A DNA stretch of 64,000 nucleotides, taken from positions 2,816,001 to 2,880,000 of the forward strand of contig OZ241889.1 in NCBI GenBank assembly GCA_965203355.1, written 5' to 3'. Shown piece by piece: positions 51,217-61,871 of the stretch. The first letter of the stretch is position 1; each line of letters starts with the position of its first letter. The position numbers were made by a program, and so were the translations under genes. This stretch comes from Candidatus Latescibacterota bacterium. Lineage in GTDB: Bacteria > Latescibacterota > UBA2968 > UBA8231. A model generated the notes under the pieces. That model was not told where the DNA came from and did no database searches. It was given only the letters and a program-made list of their open reading frames with translations.

Positions 51217-52571
51217 TTTTCGCGCCCTATGTAGTACCCCAACTCAGTTAGCTGCCGCCCTTCCCCTTGCACTTTTACGCCTTGGTCGGCCCAAACGCGC
51301 TCGAGCGATTCGACCAAGTCGTACCCCCCTACCGCCAGGGGGACCCCAGCCTCTTCGGCCAGTTGCGGCACGGTCATGTCGTCCAGGGTCAAACCCTCGC
51401 CATTGATGCAATTGGGCGGCAGGAGGACTAAATCCCGCTGGATTCCATCGCGCACTCTTGCCGCCATATCGCAGCCGGTCAGCAGGCCCGACACGGTGAT
51501 ACCGCGCCCGAAAAAGTCGTTATCTACCGGCAGGAGATCGACTTGGACGTTCTCAATGGCATTCAGCCTATTGACTAGGGGGACGAGGATGCGCTCGGCC
51601 AATCGGCCGGTCAGCAGGCCAATCCGCATGGCCTTGGCCGTGTGCGCAGGCAACCGCTTGCTGGCCTCGTCCCAAGTGTCGAGGAAGGAGCGGACCATAC
51701 CGATGCCGTTTTCTAGCTGGGGAAACGCATCGTAATACGCCGCCGCTGGCAGGGGCCGGCCCGTCAGCAGAAAAATTTCGTCAGCCACATAGACGAAGCG
51801 CTCGCCAAAGTGCGCTTTAAATTGCAAGCCCCATGTTTTGGCGGCGGCCGCGTACTCCGCGGCCTTGGCCGGGGTCACCGGATCGAGTTGGACGAGCTTG
51901 TGCCGATGATCGGTCAGCCCCACTGGCACCAGTGCCACGGAGCGCACGGCGGGATAGTACGCAGACAGATCGGCCACTGTGCGTTCCAGATGCGGCCCAT
52001 CGTTCCAGCCTGGGCAGAGCACAACTTGGGTGTGCATTTCAATGCCGTTATCAGCTAGCTTGCGCAAGCGCTCGTTTATATCGACGGTCGCTTTTGTGCG
52101 CCCGAGCATGACTTGCCTCAGTTCGGGATCGGTGGCGTGGACTGAGATGTATTGCGGCGTTAGCCCTTGTTCAATGATGCGGTCTATATCGCTTTCGCGG
52201 ACGTTGGTCAGGGTTACGTACGAGCCGTGGAGAAAGGAGAGCCGAAAATCGTCATCTTCAAAATACAAGCTGCGCCGCATGCCCTTGGGCATTTGATGGA
52301 TAAAGCAAAAGACGCATTTGTTGTTGCAACGGCGCAAGCGCATATCCTCGAAGACCAGCCCTAAGGACTCGCCGCGCTGGCGCTCAATTTCGGCCTCGTA
52401 TCGTTCTTTGTCGCGCTCGATCTCTAGGCAGATTACCGCTTCGGCACTATGGACCTGCACGTCAATCAAATCGCGCACCGCTTCGCCATTGATGCGCAAA
52501 ATGCGATCGCCGATGCAAAATCCCGCGCGGGCGCCGAGGCTATTGGGCTCAATTTGTTTTACGACAACCAT
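51213..52571 (-). CDS. PDZ + radical SAM DUF512 protein
   Basis: CNNKCVFCF, DDD.RLSFL, QLENGIG. Confidence 0.9.
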   Translation of the reverse strand: MVVVKQIEPNSLGARAGFCIGDRILRINGEAVRDLIDVQVHSAEAVICLEIERDKERYEAEIERQRGESLGLVFEDMRLRRCNNKCVFCFIHQMPKGMRRSLYFEDDDFRLSFLHGSYVTLTNVRESDIDRIIEQGLTPQYISVHATDPELRQVMLGRTKATVDINERLRKLADNGIEMHTQVVLCPGWNDGPHLERTVADLSAYYPAVRSVALVPVGLTDHRHKLVQLDPVTPAKAAEYAAAAKTWGLQFKAHFGERFVYVADEIFLLTGRPLPAAAYYDAFPQLENGIGMVRSFLDTWDEASKRLPAHTAKAMRIGLLTGRLAERILVPLVNRLNAIENVQVDLLPVDNDFFGRGITVSGLLTGCDMAARVRDGIQRDLVLLPPNCINGEGLTLDDMTVPQLAEEAGVPLAVGGYDLVESLERVWADQGVKVQGEGRQLTELGYYIGREK

Positions 52572-52679
52572 AGTGAACTAAGCAATTAATCTACGTATCG
52601 TATTGTGGGGCAAGATATTCTATCGGTATCGGTAAAGGTATATGGATATTGCGCCGACGGCAATACTTTAGAAAGAAGT

Positions 52680-52714
52680 AAAAAAATCCGCCCGACCCAG
52701 TGGGCCAGGCGGAT
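52680..52714 (-). terminator. Terminator after tRNA-Gly
   Basis: Minus strand ATCCGCCTGGCCC..GGGTCGGGCGGAT followed by T tract. Confidence 0.75.
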
Positions 52715-52716
52715 GA

Positions 52717-52791
52717 TGGAGCGGGAGACGGGAATCGAACCCGCGACATCAAGCTTGGGAAGCTTGCGTTCTACCCCTGAACTACTCCCGC
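52717..52791 (-). tRNA. tRNA-Gly(CCC)
   Basis: GCGGGAG..CTCCCGC-TCCA; anticodon arm CAAGC-TTCCCAA-GCTTG. Confidence 0.95.
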
Positions 52792-52831
52792 TAATTTTTG
52801 TCCATAAGGTAAAGCGCGGCTCCAACCGCTG

Positions 52832-53782
52832 TCAACCCGCTCCACGGCCCCAGCGATACCTCCACTCGCCGACGATGCGCTGGACGACGCCAGCCTTTCC
52901 CCATACGTCGAGGTCTAATTCGCGCAAGCGACGATCGCGGCGGCACCACGTTATTTGTCGCTTGGCCAAGTGGCGGGTGCGCTGCTTGGTCTGCTCAATA
53001 GCTTCCTGCCAAGGGCAATGCCCGGCCAGCGCCCGGCACATTTCGAAATAGCCCAAAGTCCCCAAGGCACTTTCGCTTGGATCGTATCCCATTTCGCGCA
53101 AGGAGCGGACTTCCTCGACCCATCCCTGCTCGACCATCTGATCAACCCGCTGGTCAATTCGCTCGTAGAGCCGGCGGCGCACCATAGTCAGACTGATCAT
53201 TTGCGGGCGGCGCACCAGCGGCTGTCCCTGACGCTCTCGCCAGAGCTTGCTGAGCGTACCCTTACCCGTCATCACTACCTCCAACGCCCGCAGGATTCGC
53301 TGTGCGTCGCTCGGCGGCAAACGCGCTTGCGCGACTGGATCTCGACGGCCTAACTCCTCATATAGGGATGCCAGCCCCTCGCAGTGCAGGCGCTGTTGCA
53401 ATTCGGCGCGGGTCGGCGCGTATTGGGTGTCGTCCTCAAAGCATCCGTCTAACGCACTCTGCCAGTACAGGCCCGTTCCTCCCACCACAATGGGAAGGCC
53501 CTCTCGGTTCCAGACCTGCCCGATGATATGCCGTGCGGCGCGCGCGTACGCTCCCGCGCTGTAGTCTTCCTCGGGAGCGATTACATCAAGTAAATGATGG
53601 GGGCATTGATTTTGCTGTTCAGCGGTTGGCTTGGCCGTACCGATATTCATGTAGCGGTAGATTTGCCGCGAGTCGGCCGAGATAATCTCCGCTTTGGGTA
53701 CGTGTTGAGCTACTTCGAGGGCTATTTCTGTTTTGCCGGTGGCCGTGGGTCCAGTGATTAGTATTAATGGTTTAATTAACAT
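52832..53782 (-). CDS. miaA: tRNA dimethylallyltransferase
   Basis: GPTATGKT, DSRQIY, IGTAKP, GGTGLY, AKRQ.TW. Confidence 0.95.
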   Translation of the reverse strand: MLIKPLILITGPTATGKTEIALEVAQHVPKAEIISADSRQIYRYMNIGTAKPTAEQQNQCPHHLLDVIAPEEDYSAGAYARAARHIIGQVWNREGLPIVVGGTGLYWQSALDGCFEDDTQYAPTRAELQQRLHCEGLASLYEELGRRDPVAQARLPPSDAQRILRALEVVMTGKGTLSKLWRERQGQPLVRRPQMISLTMVRRRLYERIDQRVDQMVEQGWVEEVRSLREMGYDPSESALGTLGYFEMCRALAGHCPWQEAIEQTKQRTRHLAKRQITWCRRDRRLRELDLDVWGKAGVVQRIVGEWRYRWGRGAG

Positions 53783-53801
53783 ATTACATATTATAGGACT
53801 A
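53774..53801 (-). other. dif-like Xer site F
   Basis: Minus strand TAGTCCTATAA-TATGTA-ATATGTTAATT. Confidence 0.7.
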
Positions 53802-55469
53802 ATTAGTCGATTCTTTCTTTAACAAAGCCGGCTCCACGATGATCGTTTTCTCGCGGCGCAACAGCGCCTGCCCGGATGCACCCCCACGCGGTTTGGTAAC
53901 GTGTTTTACCAAGGTGTACGCCACGGAGACTTTTTTGGCCGTTTTACCCTTGCTCCAATACGCCGCTAAAGCGGCGGCCTCCTCAATAGTTTGCTTGTTG
54001 GGGGCTTCCTTGCGGCCCTCGCTCCGCAGGACGACATGGGAGCCGGCGTACCCTCGAGCGTGAAACCACAGATCGTTTTGGGCAGACATTTTGTGCGTCA
54101 GCACGTCGTTTTCCTTGTTGTTGCGCCCAGCCCACACCGACCACCCGGTGGAGGTCCTATAGCGCCGGGGATGGGCTTGGGGCTGTTTGCTTGCCGCTTT
54201 ATCGGTGCTTGTCACCTTGCTCGCCAACCAGTTTTGCAGCGCGGCGTTAGCTTCCCAAGTACCGGCATCTACGGCACTAATCCAATGCTCGTATTGACCG
54301 CACTGACCCCTGAGTTCGGCTAGGCGCGGCGGCAGGGCTTGTTGGCGGCGCACGCATTTTTGCGCGGCTTTCAGATAGGATGCGGCGTTTTCCGCCAAGC
54401 TGCGGTTTACATCCAAATCAATCCGCAGGGTCGCTGCCCCTTCAGAATCGAAGAGATCGGCCAGTTCTACTTGCGCGGGCCGCCCCGATAGCTGCCCTAT
54501 ATTGGCCCATAGCGCGTACCCCTTTCGCTTGTATTCTTCAGCACGCGCCGCCTCGTCGAGTTCGGCTTGCATGGCAACCAAACGCCGCCGGGCATTCTTC
54601 AGAGCCTGGCTCAGCCGCCGCCGGATTTGTTGCTGCGTCTGCCGCGCTCGGCACTCGACCCGCTCCTTTTGGTACGCCACCCAGATTCCAGCGCTGACCG
54701 TGTCAAACGGCTCGTAGGCCCCTTGCAAGCGGCGCGGTTCAAGGGCGGAAAAGCAAAATCGGCCAGCCTCTTGCCATACATAGCTGCGGTCAGTCGCCTC
54801 ACTGGTGTACGCTTCGGTGGCCGCGCTCCACAAGGCCGTGGTCGGTTGATCTTCCCCACTCTGTTGGCTGCGGAAGATCAACTCGCGCACCACCGTGGCG
54901 TCCGCTCCGGCCAACCAACGCCTCGCCGCCTTTTCCAAGGGTGCATCCGCCCGCGTCAGCCGGTCATGCCACGCGCCGAGCGCGTCCGTGCCGGGCAACA
55001 GTCGGCCCGCTGGCTCGGGCGGCTGATACGACGCCCCCACAGGCGACCTATCCTTGGCCGTGCCCCAGTAGCCCAAAATCGCGCCATCGGCTTGGCGATG
55101 GAGTATAAACCGCACCTTGTTGGGAATGAGTTCGCACACCAAGACGCCAAAGCTCGGGCGCCCTTCGCGGTCGCGGCGCTCTAGGCACAGGCGCAAGATG
55201 CGCTCGCGGTGCTCGGCTTTGACTTCCACGATCCGCGCCCGCACCAAGTACTTTTGCGGGCCATCGCTCGCCCGCCAAGATCGCGGCCACGCCGCACGCC
55301 GCAGGCAAAGCAAACCCTCTCTTCCGCTGACGCCGTACAGCCACTCGCCCTCGGCAACCGCAAAGGCTAGTTCCGTCGGCTGGGCATAGGACCGCTCGAT
55401 GACCGCCCCTTGCAGACGGGCCCGCAGTTCTTGAGCGAGGGCCTGAATGGTAAAGTAGTCAAAAGCCAT
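53799..55469 (-). CDS. rqcH: NFACT-family ribosome quality control protein (RqcH/FbpA)
   Basis: MAFD, ER, coiled coil, GRNNKEND.LT, WFHA..GSHV, AAYWSK. Confidence 0.85.
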   Translation of the reverse strand: MAFDYFTIQALAQELRARLQGAVIERSYAQPTELAFAVAEGEWLYGVSGREGLLCLRRAAWPRSWRASDGPQKYLVRARIVEVKAEHRERILRLCLERRDREGRPSFGVLVCELIPNKVRFILHRQADGAILGYWGTAKDRSPVGASYQPPEPAGRLLPGTDALGAWHDRLTRADAPLEKAARRWLAGADATVVRELIFRSQQSGEDQPTTALWSAATEAYTSEATDRSYVWQEAGRFCFSALEPRRLQGAYEPFDTVSAGIWVAYQKERVECRARQTQQQIRRRLSQALKNARRRLVAMQAELDEAARAEEYKRKGYALWANIGQLSGRPAQVELADLFDSEGAATLRIDLDVNRSLAENAASYLKAAQKCVRRQQALPPRLAELRGQCGQYEHWISAVDAGTWEANAALQNWLASKVTSTDKAASKQPQAHPRRYRTSTGWSVWAGRNNKENDVLTHKMSAQNDLWFHARGYAGSHVVLRSEGRKEAPNKQTIEEAAALAAYWSKGKTAKKVSVAYTLVKHVTKPRGGASGQALLRREKTIIVEPALLKKESTN

Positions 55470-58229
55470 TTAGGCTTCGACGAGCTTGAGGCTGGCGTTC
55501 AGCTTCTCCTGGGCAGCGCGGTACTCGGCTTGGCGCTGGCGCTCCTGCTCTACAATTTCGGGCGGCGCTTTGGTCAGGAAGTGGTCATTGGCCAGTTTGG
55601 CGTCTAACCCCTTGAGCAAGCCGTCCATTTTGTGGATTTCTCGCTTGATTCGCTGCCGTTCTGCCTCTAAATCGATCAAGCCCGCTAAGGGCACGAAAAC
55701 TTCGGCCCCAGCCGTCATCGCGCTGCCCGAAGCGGGCGGCCGGACGAGTCCCTGGCCGACTTGCACCGATTCGGCCCGGGTCAACAGCGAGATATAGGGT
55801 ATGGCCTGGTGCAGGGTCTGTTCGACCTGGTCCGAGACGGCCGAAATCAAAACCTCGACTTTGCGCCCTGGAGGAACATTCATCTCGCCGCGAATGATCC
55901 GCACTCCAGTCACCACCTCTTGTAGGCACTGCATTTGCGCTTCGGCCTCTTGGTCTATCAGCGCGGCATCGCATTCCGGCCAAGCCGCGACCATGATGCT
56001 GTTAGCCGACGAGCCGTGCGGCAGGGCCTGCCACAAAGTCTCAGTGATAAAGGGCATGATGGGATGCAACAGCCGCAGGGCCGTTTCGAGTACGCGCACG
56101 AGATGTTCTTGAACCACGCGCCGCGCTTGGGGGTCGCCGCCTTGCAAACGCACCTTGGCCAATTCGAGGTACCAGTCGCAATAGTCGCGCCAGACAAAGT
56201 CGTAGATCGCCCGCGTCAAGTCGCTGAAGCGATAGGACTGCATGGCCTCGGTCATCTCGCGCACGGCCACCTGCAATCGACTCCAGATCCAGCGGTCGGC
56301 CCATTCGCTCCGTTCACCGGGGCTTGGCGCGTATCCGTCAATGTTCATCAGCACGAAGCGAGTCGCATTCCACAGCTTGTTGCCAAAGTTGCGGCCGGCC
56401 TCCGCGCTGGCCGACGCTTGTACTTGGTTGTTTTCGACTGCCGCATCAAAGCGTATGTCTTGTACGGCTCCAGCCTGTGCCAACAGACAGTAGCGCGTTG
56501 CATCCGCGCCGTAGCGCACGACCAAATCGAGCGGGTTGAGGCCCGTGCCCAAGCTCTTGCTCATGCGGCGACCGTCTTGGGTCAGAACGGTCGGATGCAC
56601 CAGCACCGTCTTAAAGGGAATTTGCTCCACGCACTCTAGCGAGGTCATGGCCATCCGCAAGACCCACAAATAGAGAATGTCGCGGGCCGTGATCATCAAA
56701 TCCGTGGGATAAAAGTACGCCAGCGCATCGCTGCGCTGCGGCCAGCCGAGGGTGGCAAAGGGCCACAAGGCGGAAGAAAACCACGTATCGAGCACGTCTG
56801 GGTCTTGCACCCAATTTTGACCGCCGCATTCGGGACAGGAGGACGGCTCGGCCGCGCTGACTACGGGCTTGGCTCCGGCCGCCACTGAGACCCTGAAATT
56901 GCCCTCGTGCAGGGCTTGCTCCCGATCCAAGGCGCCCATGGGGATCAGCCCATCGGCGCTGCAATGGGTGCAATACCAAGCCGGGATGCGATGCCCCCAC
57001 CAGATCTGCCGCGACAAGGCCCAATCGCGTATTTGGTCCAACCACTCAATGGCATAGTGGCGGAAGCGGTCGGGCGCGTATTGGATATCCTCCTGCACGA
57101 GCACCGGGCGCACCTTGGCCGCCAGTTCCTGCATGTTCATAAACCACTGCTCCATCGGCAGGGGTTCTATGACTGTGCCGCACTTGTCGTGATGCGGTAC
57201 GGCGTGTTCGTGATCCTCTATTTTTGCCAGCAGCCCCTCGGCGGCCAACGCAGCCACAACGGCCTCGCGTGCCGCGTCGCGATCCAATCCCGCAAAGCGG
57301 CCGGCCGCCTCAGTCATAACCCCGTCAAAGCCGATGACTTGGATTTGCGCTAGGCCGTGGCGCAACCCGAGCTCGTAATCGTTGGGATCGTGGGCCGGCG
57401 TGACCTTGACCGCTCCACTGCCCAGTTCGGGATCGGCGTATTCATCGGCGACGATGGGAATGGCTCTATCCATCAGCGGCAGCTCGACTTGCCGGCCAAT
57501 CGCTTCGCGCCAGCGGTCGTCGTGGGGATGGACGGCCACGCCCGTGTCCCCCAGCATGGTTTCCGGCCGCGTGGTAGCGACCACGACTTGCAGCGTCCCC
57601 GCTTGGACCGGGTAGCGAATGTGCCACAAGTGGCCGGAAACCTCGCGCTCTTCAGTCTCTAGATCTGAAATCACCGTGCGACACTGCGGGCACCAGTTGA
57701 TCATGCGGGTGCCGCGATAAATCCATCCTTTCTCGGCAAAACGCGCGAAGGCCTGCAAGACGGCCTCGACGTACTCCTCGTCGAGCGTAAAACGCTCCCA
57801 ACGCCAATCGTAGCTAGCCCCAAGTTGGCGCAACTGGCGATAGATGGCGTCCCCGTATTCTTCCTTCCACTGCCAAATCCGGTCGAGCAGGGCGTCGCGC
57901 CCTACGTCGTAGCGAGTCTTACCCTCAACCTGCAAAAGCTCCTGCTCGACCTTCATCTGAGTGGCAATGCCCGCGTGGTCAGTGCCCGGCAGGCAGAGCG
58001 TCTCAAAGCCCTGCATCCGCTTCCACCGCACCACTAGGTCGTGGATGGCGTGTTGAATCGCGTGGCCCATGTGCAACTCGCCCGTCACATTGGGTGGGGG
58101 AATTACGATGCTGTAAGGGGGCTTATCTGGGTTGATCTCCGCGTTAAAATGGCCGTTTTCCTCCCAGAAATCGCTCCATTTTTTTTCTATTGCCACTGGA
58201 TTGTATGTCTTGGCTAATTCTTTCGTCAT
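55470..58229 (-). CDS. valS: Valine--tRNA ligase
   Basis: PPPNVTG.LHMGH, TTRPET, SRQIWWGH, MSKS. Confidence 0.97.
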   Translation of the reverse strand: MTKELAKTYNPVAIEKKWSDFWEENGHFNAEINPDKPPYSIVIPPPNVTGELHMGHAIQHAIHDLVVRWKRMQGFETLCLPGTDHAGIATQMKVEQELLQVEGKTRYDVGRDALLDRIWQWKEEYGDAIYRQLRQLGASYDWRWERFTLDEEYVEAVLQAFARFAEKGWIYRGTRMINWCPQCRTVISDLETEEREVSGHLWHIRYPVQAGTLQVVVATTRPETMLGDTGVAVHPHDDRWREAIGRQVELPLMDRAIPIVADEYADPELGSGAVKVTPAHDPNDYELGLRHGLAQIQVIGFDGVMTEAAGRFAGLDRDAAREAVVAALAAEGLLAKIEDHEHAVPHHDKCGTVIEPLPMEQWFMNMQELAAKVRPVLVQEDIQYAPDRFRHYAIEWLDQIRDWALSRQIWWGHRIPAWYCTHCSADGLIPMGALDREQALHEGNFRVSVAAGAKPVVSAAEPSSCPECGGQNWVQDPDVLDTWFSSALWPFATLGWPQRSDALAYFYPTDLMITARDILYLWVLRMAMTSLECVEQIPFKTVLVHPTVLTQDGRRMSKSLGTGLNPLDLVVRYGADATRYCLLAQAGAVQDIRFDAAVENNQVQASASAEAGRNFGNKLWNATRFVLMNIDGYAPSPGERSEWADRWIWSRLQVAVREMTEAMQSYRFSDLTRAIYDFVWRDYCDWYLELAKVRLQGGDPQARRVVQEHLVRVLETALRLLHPIMPFITETLWQALPHGSSANSIMVAAWPECDAALIDQEAEAQMQCLQEVVTGVRIIRGEMNVPPGRKVEVLISAVSDQVEQTLHQAIPYISLLTRAESVQVGQGLVRPPASGSAMTAGAEVFVPLAGLIDLEAERQRIKREIHKMDGLLKGLDAKLANDHFLTKAPPEIVEQERQRQAEYRAAQEKLNASLKLVEA

Positions 58230-58366
58230 GCCGCGTCCTTATCTATATGTTTAACATGCAGGTTAAACTAAAAATATAACCCATTACCCTACCCTGACAA
58301 TTTGGCTCGCCGCGCCCGGCTGGCTATCTTGTGTCCAGTTCATTTCACCTGTACCAGCGATTCAAT

Positions 58367-59293
58367 ATGGGCAACTGGTCCAAACTGCAAACCGAACAGC
58401 GCAATCCAGCCACCGAGCACATCGACGAGGTTTCGACGCTAGAGATGCTGGCGATCATCAATCGAGAAGACGCCCGCGTGTCAGCCGCGGTCGCCACACA
58501 ATTGGCTCCCATCGCTGAGGCGGTCGACTTGGTGGCCAGCCAGCTTGGGAACGGAGGTCGCCTGTTCTACCTCGGCGCGGGCACCAGCGGTCGGCTCGGC
58601 GTGCTAGACGCGGCTGAATGCCCCCCTACTTTTGGCGCAAATCCCCAGTTGGTGCAGGGCCTTATCGCCGGGGGACCAACGGCCCTACGCCAAGCCGTAG
58701 AAGGTGCGGAGGACGACCGCACGGCCGCCGTTAGCGAATTAGCTCGACAGGGCTTGGGAACGGCCGACGTGCTCATGGGCATGGCCGCCAGCGGCGTGAC
58801 CCCTTTCGTTATCAGCGGCATGGAATACGCCGAGCAGCGAGGCTGTCCGACGATCTTTTTCACGTGTAATCCCCCGGCCGCCGAGTCCGTTGCAGCCTCT
58901 ATCAAGATCGTGCCCGAGGTCGGCCCTGAAGCCATTACCGGATCGACGCGAATGAAGGCCGGAACAGCGACTAAACTGGTGCTCAACATGATCAGCACCG
59001 GCGCGATGGTTAAATTGGGCAAGACCTACGGCAATCTCATGGTCGATTTGCAACCGACCAATGCCAAGCTGCGAGACCGCGCCGAGCGCATCTTTGCGGC
59101 ATTGACCGGAGCCTCGCCGCAAGTGGCCGCCGCCCGCCTGCAAGCGGCCGAAGGCGGCTTGAAACTGGCGCTGGTCATGGAACTGTGCCAACTAGATCGC
59201 ACCCAAGCACAGCACCTTCTCGACACCTGCGGTGGCCGCGTCAAGGCGGCCATCCTCGCCACTGGATCAGCCCCTTGCAACACGCAAACCTAG
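58367..59293 (+). CDS. murQ: N-acetylmuramic acid 6-phosphate etherase
   Basis: TEQRNP, GAGTSGRLGVLDAAECPPTF, GSTRMKAGTA.K. Confidence 0.95.
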   Translation: MGNWSKLQTEQRNPATEHIDEVSTLEMLAIINREDARVSAAVATQLAPIAEAVDLVASQLGNGGRLFYLGAGTSGRLGVLDAAECPPTFGANPQLVQGLIAGGPTALRQAVEGAEDDRTAAVSELARQGLGTADVLMGMAASGVTPFVISGMEYAEQRGCPTIFFTCNPPAAESVAASIKIVPEVGPEAITGSTRMKAGTATKLVLNMISTGAMVKLGKTYGNLMVDLQPTNAKLRDRAERIFAALTGASPQVAAARLQAAEGGLKLALVMELCQLDRTQAQHLLDTCGGRVKAAILATGSAPCNTQT

Positions 59294-59351
59294 GCCGCGC
59301 GCACTTGGACCTTGGCACCGTGCAATGGGGCAACTGGAGGTTATCTACGCC

Positions 59352-60449
59352 GTGAATACACCCACGCCCGGCCAAGCTGTTGGCGATTTAGAAACCCCGG
59401 TGTTGTTGCTCGATCTCGACCGCTTTGAATCCAATGTGCAGCACATGGCCGCGTATTGCCGCGACAACGGCAAGGACTGGCGGCCCCACAGCAAGGCGCA
59501 CAAATGTCCGGCCATAGCCCACATTGAGCTAGCCAACGGAGCCTGTGGCATCACCTGCGCCAAATTGAGCGAAGCTGAGTGGATGGTCGCGCATGGCATC
59601 CCTTCTATCCTGCTGGCCAACCAGATCGTCAGTCCAGCCAAATTCACCGCCTTAGCCCGCCTGCAACACCAAGCCGAAGTCATTGCCGCAGTGGATAATA
59701 TCGCCGTCGTTGAACCTATGGCCACCGCGGCCGATGCCGAAGGCGTCCGCATCCCGGTGGTCGTGGAGGTCGACATTGGCATGAAGCGGGTCGGCGTGGA
59801 GCCTGGCCCTCCTGTTCTCGCTTTGTCTAAGGCCATTAACGACCAACCTAAATTGGCGTTCAAGGGCCTGATGGGCTACGAGGGCCACGTGCTCGAATGC
59901 TGGCCGCACTCGGCCAAGCAAAGGGCCTGTTACGAAGCATTGGACATATTAGTAGAATCGCGTAATTTACTGGAAGACAATGGGATACCAGTGGAGATCG
60001 CGAGTGCTGGCGGCACGGGTTCATACGAGATCAGCGCCCTCCACGGCGGGATCACTGAGCTTCAAGCTGGCGGTGGCGTGTTCATGGACGCCATGTATCG
60101 CCGAACCTGCCACGTCGAAGCACTAACCCCGGCCCTGACGGTGCTCTGCACTGTAACCAGTCGGGCGACCGACCGGGTCGTCGTCGATGCCGGCTTCAAG
60201 ACGCTGTCTTCCGGCCACCAGCCGCCGGAGGTGCTAGGCCGAAGCGATTTGCACTTGCGCGGCCTGTCTGCTGAACACGGGATATTCGACATTGCAGCGG
60301 GCCAAACCGGACCGGCTTTGGGCGAGCGGATCGAACTGCTCGTCGGCTACTCGGATTCAACGACTTTCCTCCACGATTACTTCGTCGCCATCCGCAAAGG
60401 GCGCGTGGAGAAAATATGGGACATCTCGGCGCGGGGCCTTTTGCGTTGA
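59352..60449 (+). CDS. DSD1/D-threonine aldolase family PLP enzyme
   Basis: ETP.L..D, RPHSKAHK, GYEGH, GGTG, DAG.K, SAEHG. Confidence 0.85.
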   Translation: MNTPTPGQAVGDLETPVLLLDLDRFESNVQHMAAYCRDNGKDWRPHSKAHKCPAIAHIELANGACGITCAKLSEAEWMVAHGIPSILLANQIVSPAKFTALARLQHQAEVIAAVDNIAVVEPMATAADAEGVRIPVVVEVDIGMKRVGVEPGPPVLALSKAINDQPKLAFKGLMGYEGHVLECWPHSAKQRACYEALDILVESRNLLEDNGIPVEIASAGGTGSYEISALHGGITELQAGGGVFMDAMYRRTCHVEALTPALTVLCTVTSRATDRVVVDAGFKTLSSGHQPPEVLGRSDLHLRGLSAEHGIFDIAAGQTGPALGERIELLVGYSDSTTFLHDYFVAIRKGRVEKIWDISARGLLR

Positions 60450-60477
60450 CGCCGAGTAATAGCAACGGAGGACGCAG

Positions 60478-60756
60478 ATGACTAAAGCCGAAATCGCCCA
60501 GCAGCTAGCCCGGAGTACGGGCCTATCCCAAGTGGACACCACGGCCGTTATCGAGGGCTTTATCGAAGCCATAACCCAAGCATTGGAAAGGGGCGACCGC
60601 GTCGAAATCCGCGGCTTTGGCACCTTCAAGGTCGTGGAGCGCGCACCGCGCACCGGCCGCAACCCCAAAGCCGGCGCGACCATCGCAATCCCCAAGCGCA
60701 AGGCCCCGACCTTCAAACCCTCCAACGCGGTAAAGAGCAGAATTGTCCAGCACTAA
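60478..60756 (+). CDS. HU/IHF family DNA-binding protein, second copy
   Basis: MTKAEI, VEIRGFGTF, GRNPK, FKPS. Confidence 0.95.
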   Translation: MTKAEIAQQLARSTGLSQVDTTAVIEGFIEAITQALERGDRVEIRGFGTFKVVERAPRTGRNPKAGATIAIPKRKAPTFKPSNAVKSRIVQH

Positions 60757-60757
60757 C

Positions 60758-61861
60758 GTGAATCTGCTGTTGATTTCGGTTGATAGCCTGCGTTTGGATT
60801 TTGCCCCCGGGCTTAGCGCGGCCGTGCGCACCCCCGGATTTTCCGACTTGACGCACGATTTCCACCTCTGCCAGCACTGCTTTTCGGTTTCTTCGGCGAC
60901 TCGTCCGGTCCACACCTCGCTCTTTACCGGACTATACCCGTTTGAACACGGCATCAAGGGCCAGCACTCCTCCGCGATGCGGCAGGGTGTACCCAACCTT
61001 TTCGATCTCTGCTGTCGAGCGGGCTATGCGGTCGGCGCATTTTCAGAGGCTCGGGATATCTTCACTGGCTTGGGCTACGCCCAGCACATCGCCCCTTTAC
61101 CTACGGACGAGCAACTCGCCGGCTGGCTACAACGTCGCGAGCCGACCGTTCTCTTTATTCACTACTGGAGCGTTCACCCGCCTTACGGTGCCGCAGACGG
61201 GCTGGCCTTTGGCGAAGTGGGCCGGTTGCTGACGGCTGGGCGCATTGACGTGGTGCAGGCGCGCTACCGCACGGCCATTGAACAGCTCTTTGAACAGCCC
61301 ATCGCCCGGCTATTGGCCGCCTTGGATTTCAGCGCGTGGGCCGTTTTCATCATCAGCGACCACGGCCAGAGTTGGCGAGCTGACGAACCCTATCACGGTC
61401 AGACCTTGTGCAACGACGTGCTGCGAGTGCCTCTGTACTACCGACTTCCCGCGCAAGAACCCGTCGGACGCCCCCTCATTTCGCTGGTGGATCTCTTTCC
61501 GACTTTTTTATCGCTGTTGCAGTTGGACTATCCCTACAGCGGCTTTGCCCGCGACATCCGCAGCCCTTTCCCACCCGAGTACTATTTAGCCGAAATCGAC
61601 CCCGGCCCAGCCGCGCAACACGGCCAGCAATGGTCCCTCTTCAACGCCAACACCAAATTCACCTGCGATCAAGCGACCCAGCGCGAGACCTTGGTCGAAA
61701 CGTTTAGCGAGCGGCCGCTCGTCGCGCTGGACACTCGCCCCTACCACCAAGCGTACGAAGCATTCAGAGCGGCTTCTAATTATGTACAAGAGGGATTCGG
61801 CCCGGCCGCGGACCGGGTGCTGTTGGAGCAACGGCTGCGCGCCTTGGGTTATTTGGATTGA
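60758..61861 (+). CDS. Sulfatase-like hydrolase (alkaline phosphatase superfamily)
   Basis: ISVDSLR.D, ATRPVHTSLFTG, H.PY, SDHG, RVPL, C-terminal RLRALGY. Confidence 0.8.
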   Translation: MNLLLISVDSLRLDFAPGLSAAVRTPGFSDLTHDFHLCQHCFSVSSATRPVHTSLFTGLYPFEHGIKGQHSSAMRQGVPNLFDLCCRAGYAVGAFSEARDIFTGLGYAQHIAPLPTDEQLAGWLQRREPTVLFIHYWSVHPPYGAADGLAFGEVGRLLTAGRIDVVQARYRTAIEQLFEQPIARLLAALDFSAWAVFIISDHGQSWRADEPYHGQTLCNDVLRVPLYYRLPAQEPVGRPLISLVDLFPTFLSLLQLDYPYSGFARDIRSPFPPEYYLAEIDPGPAAQHGQQWSLFNANTKFTCDQATQRETLVETFSERPLVALDTRPYHQAYEAFRAASNYVQEGFGPAADRVLLEQRLRALGYLD

Positions 61862-61871
61862 TTTTCGGCCC

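Noticed and set aside
58249-58268. Inverted repeat GTTTAAC-N6-GTTAAAC between valS and murQ
   Set aside because: Only 7-bp arms, single copy and no Xer core; may be an operator but unsupported
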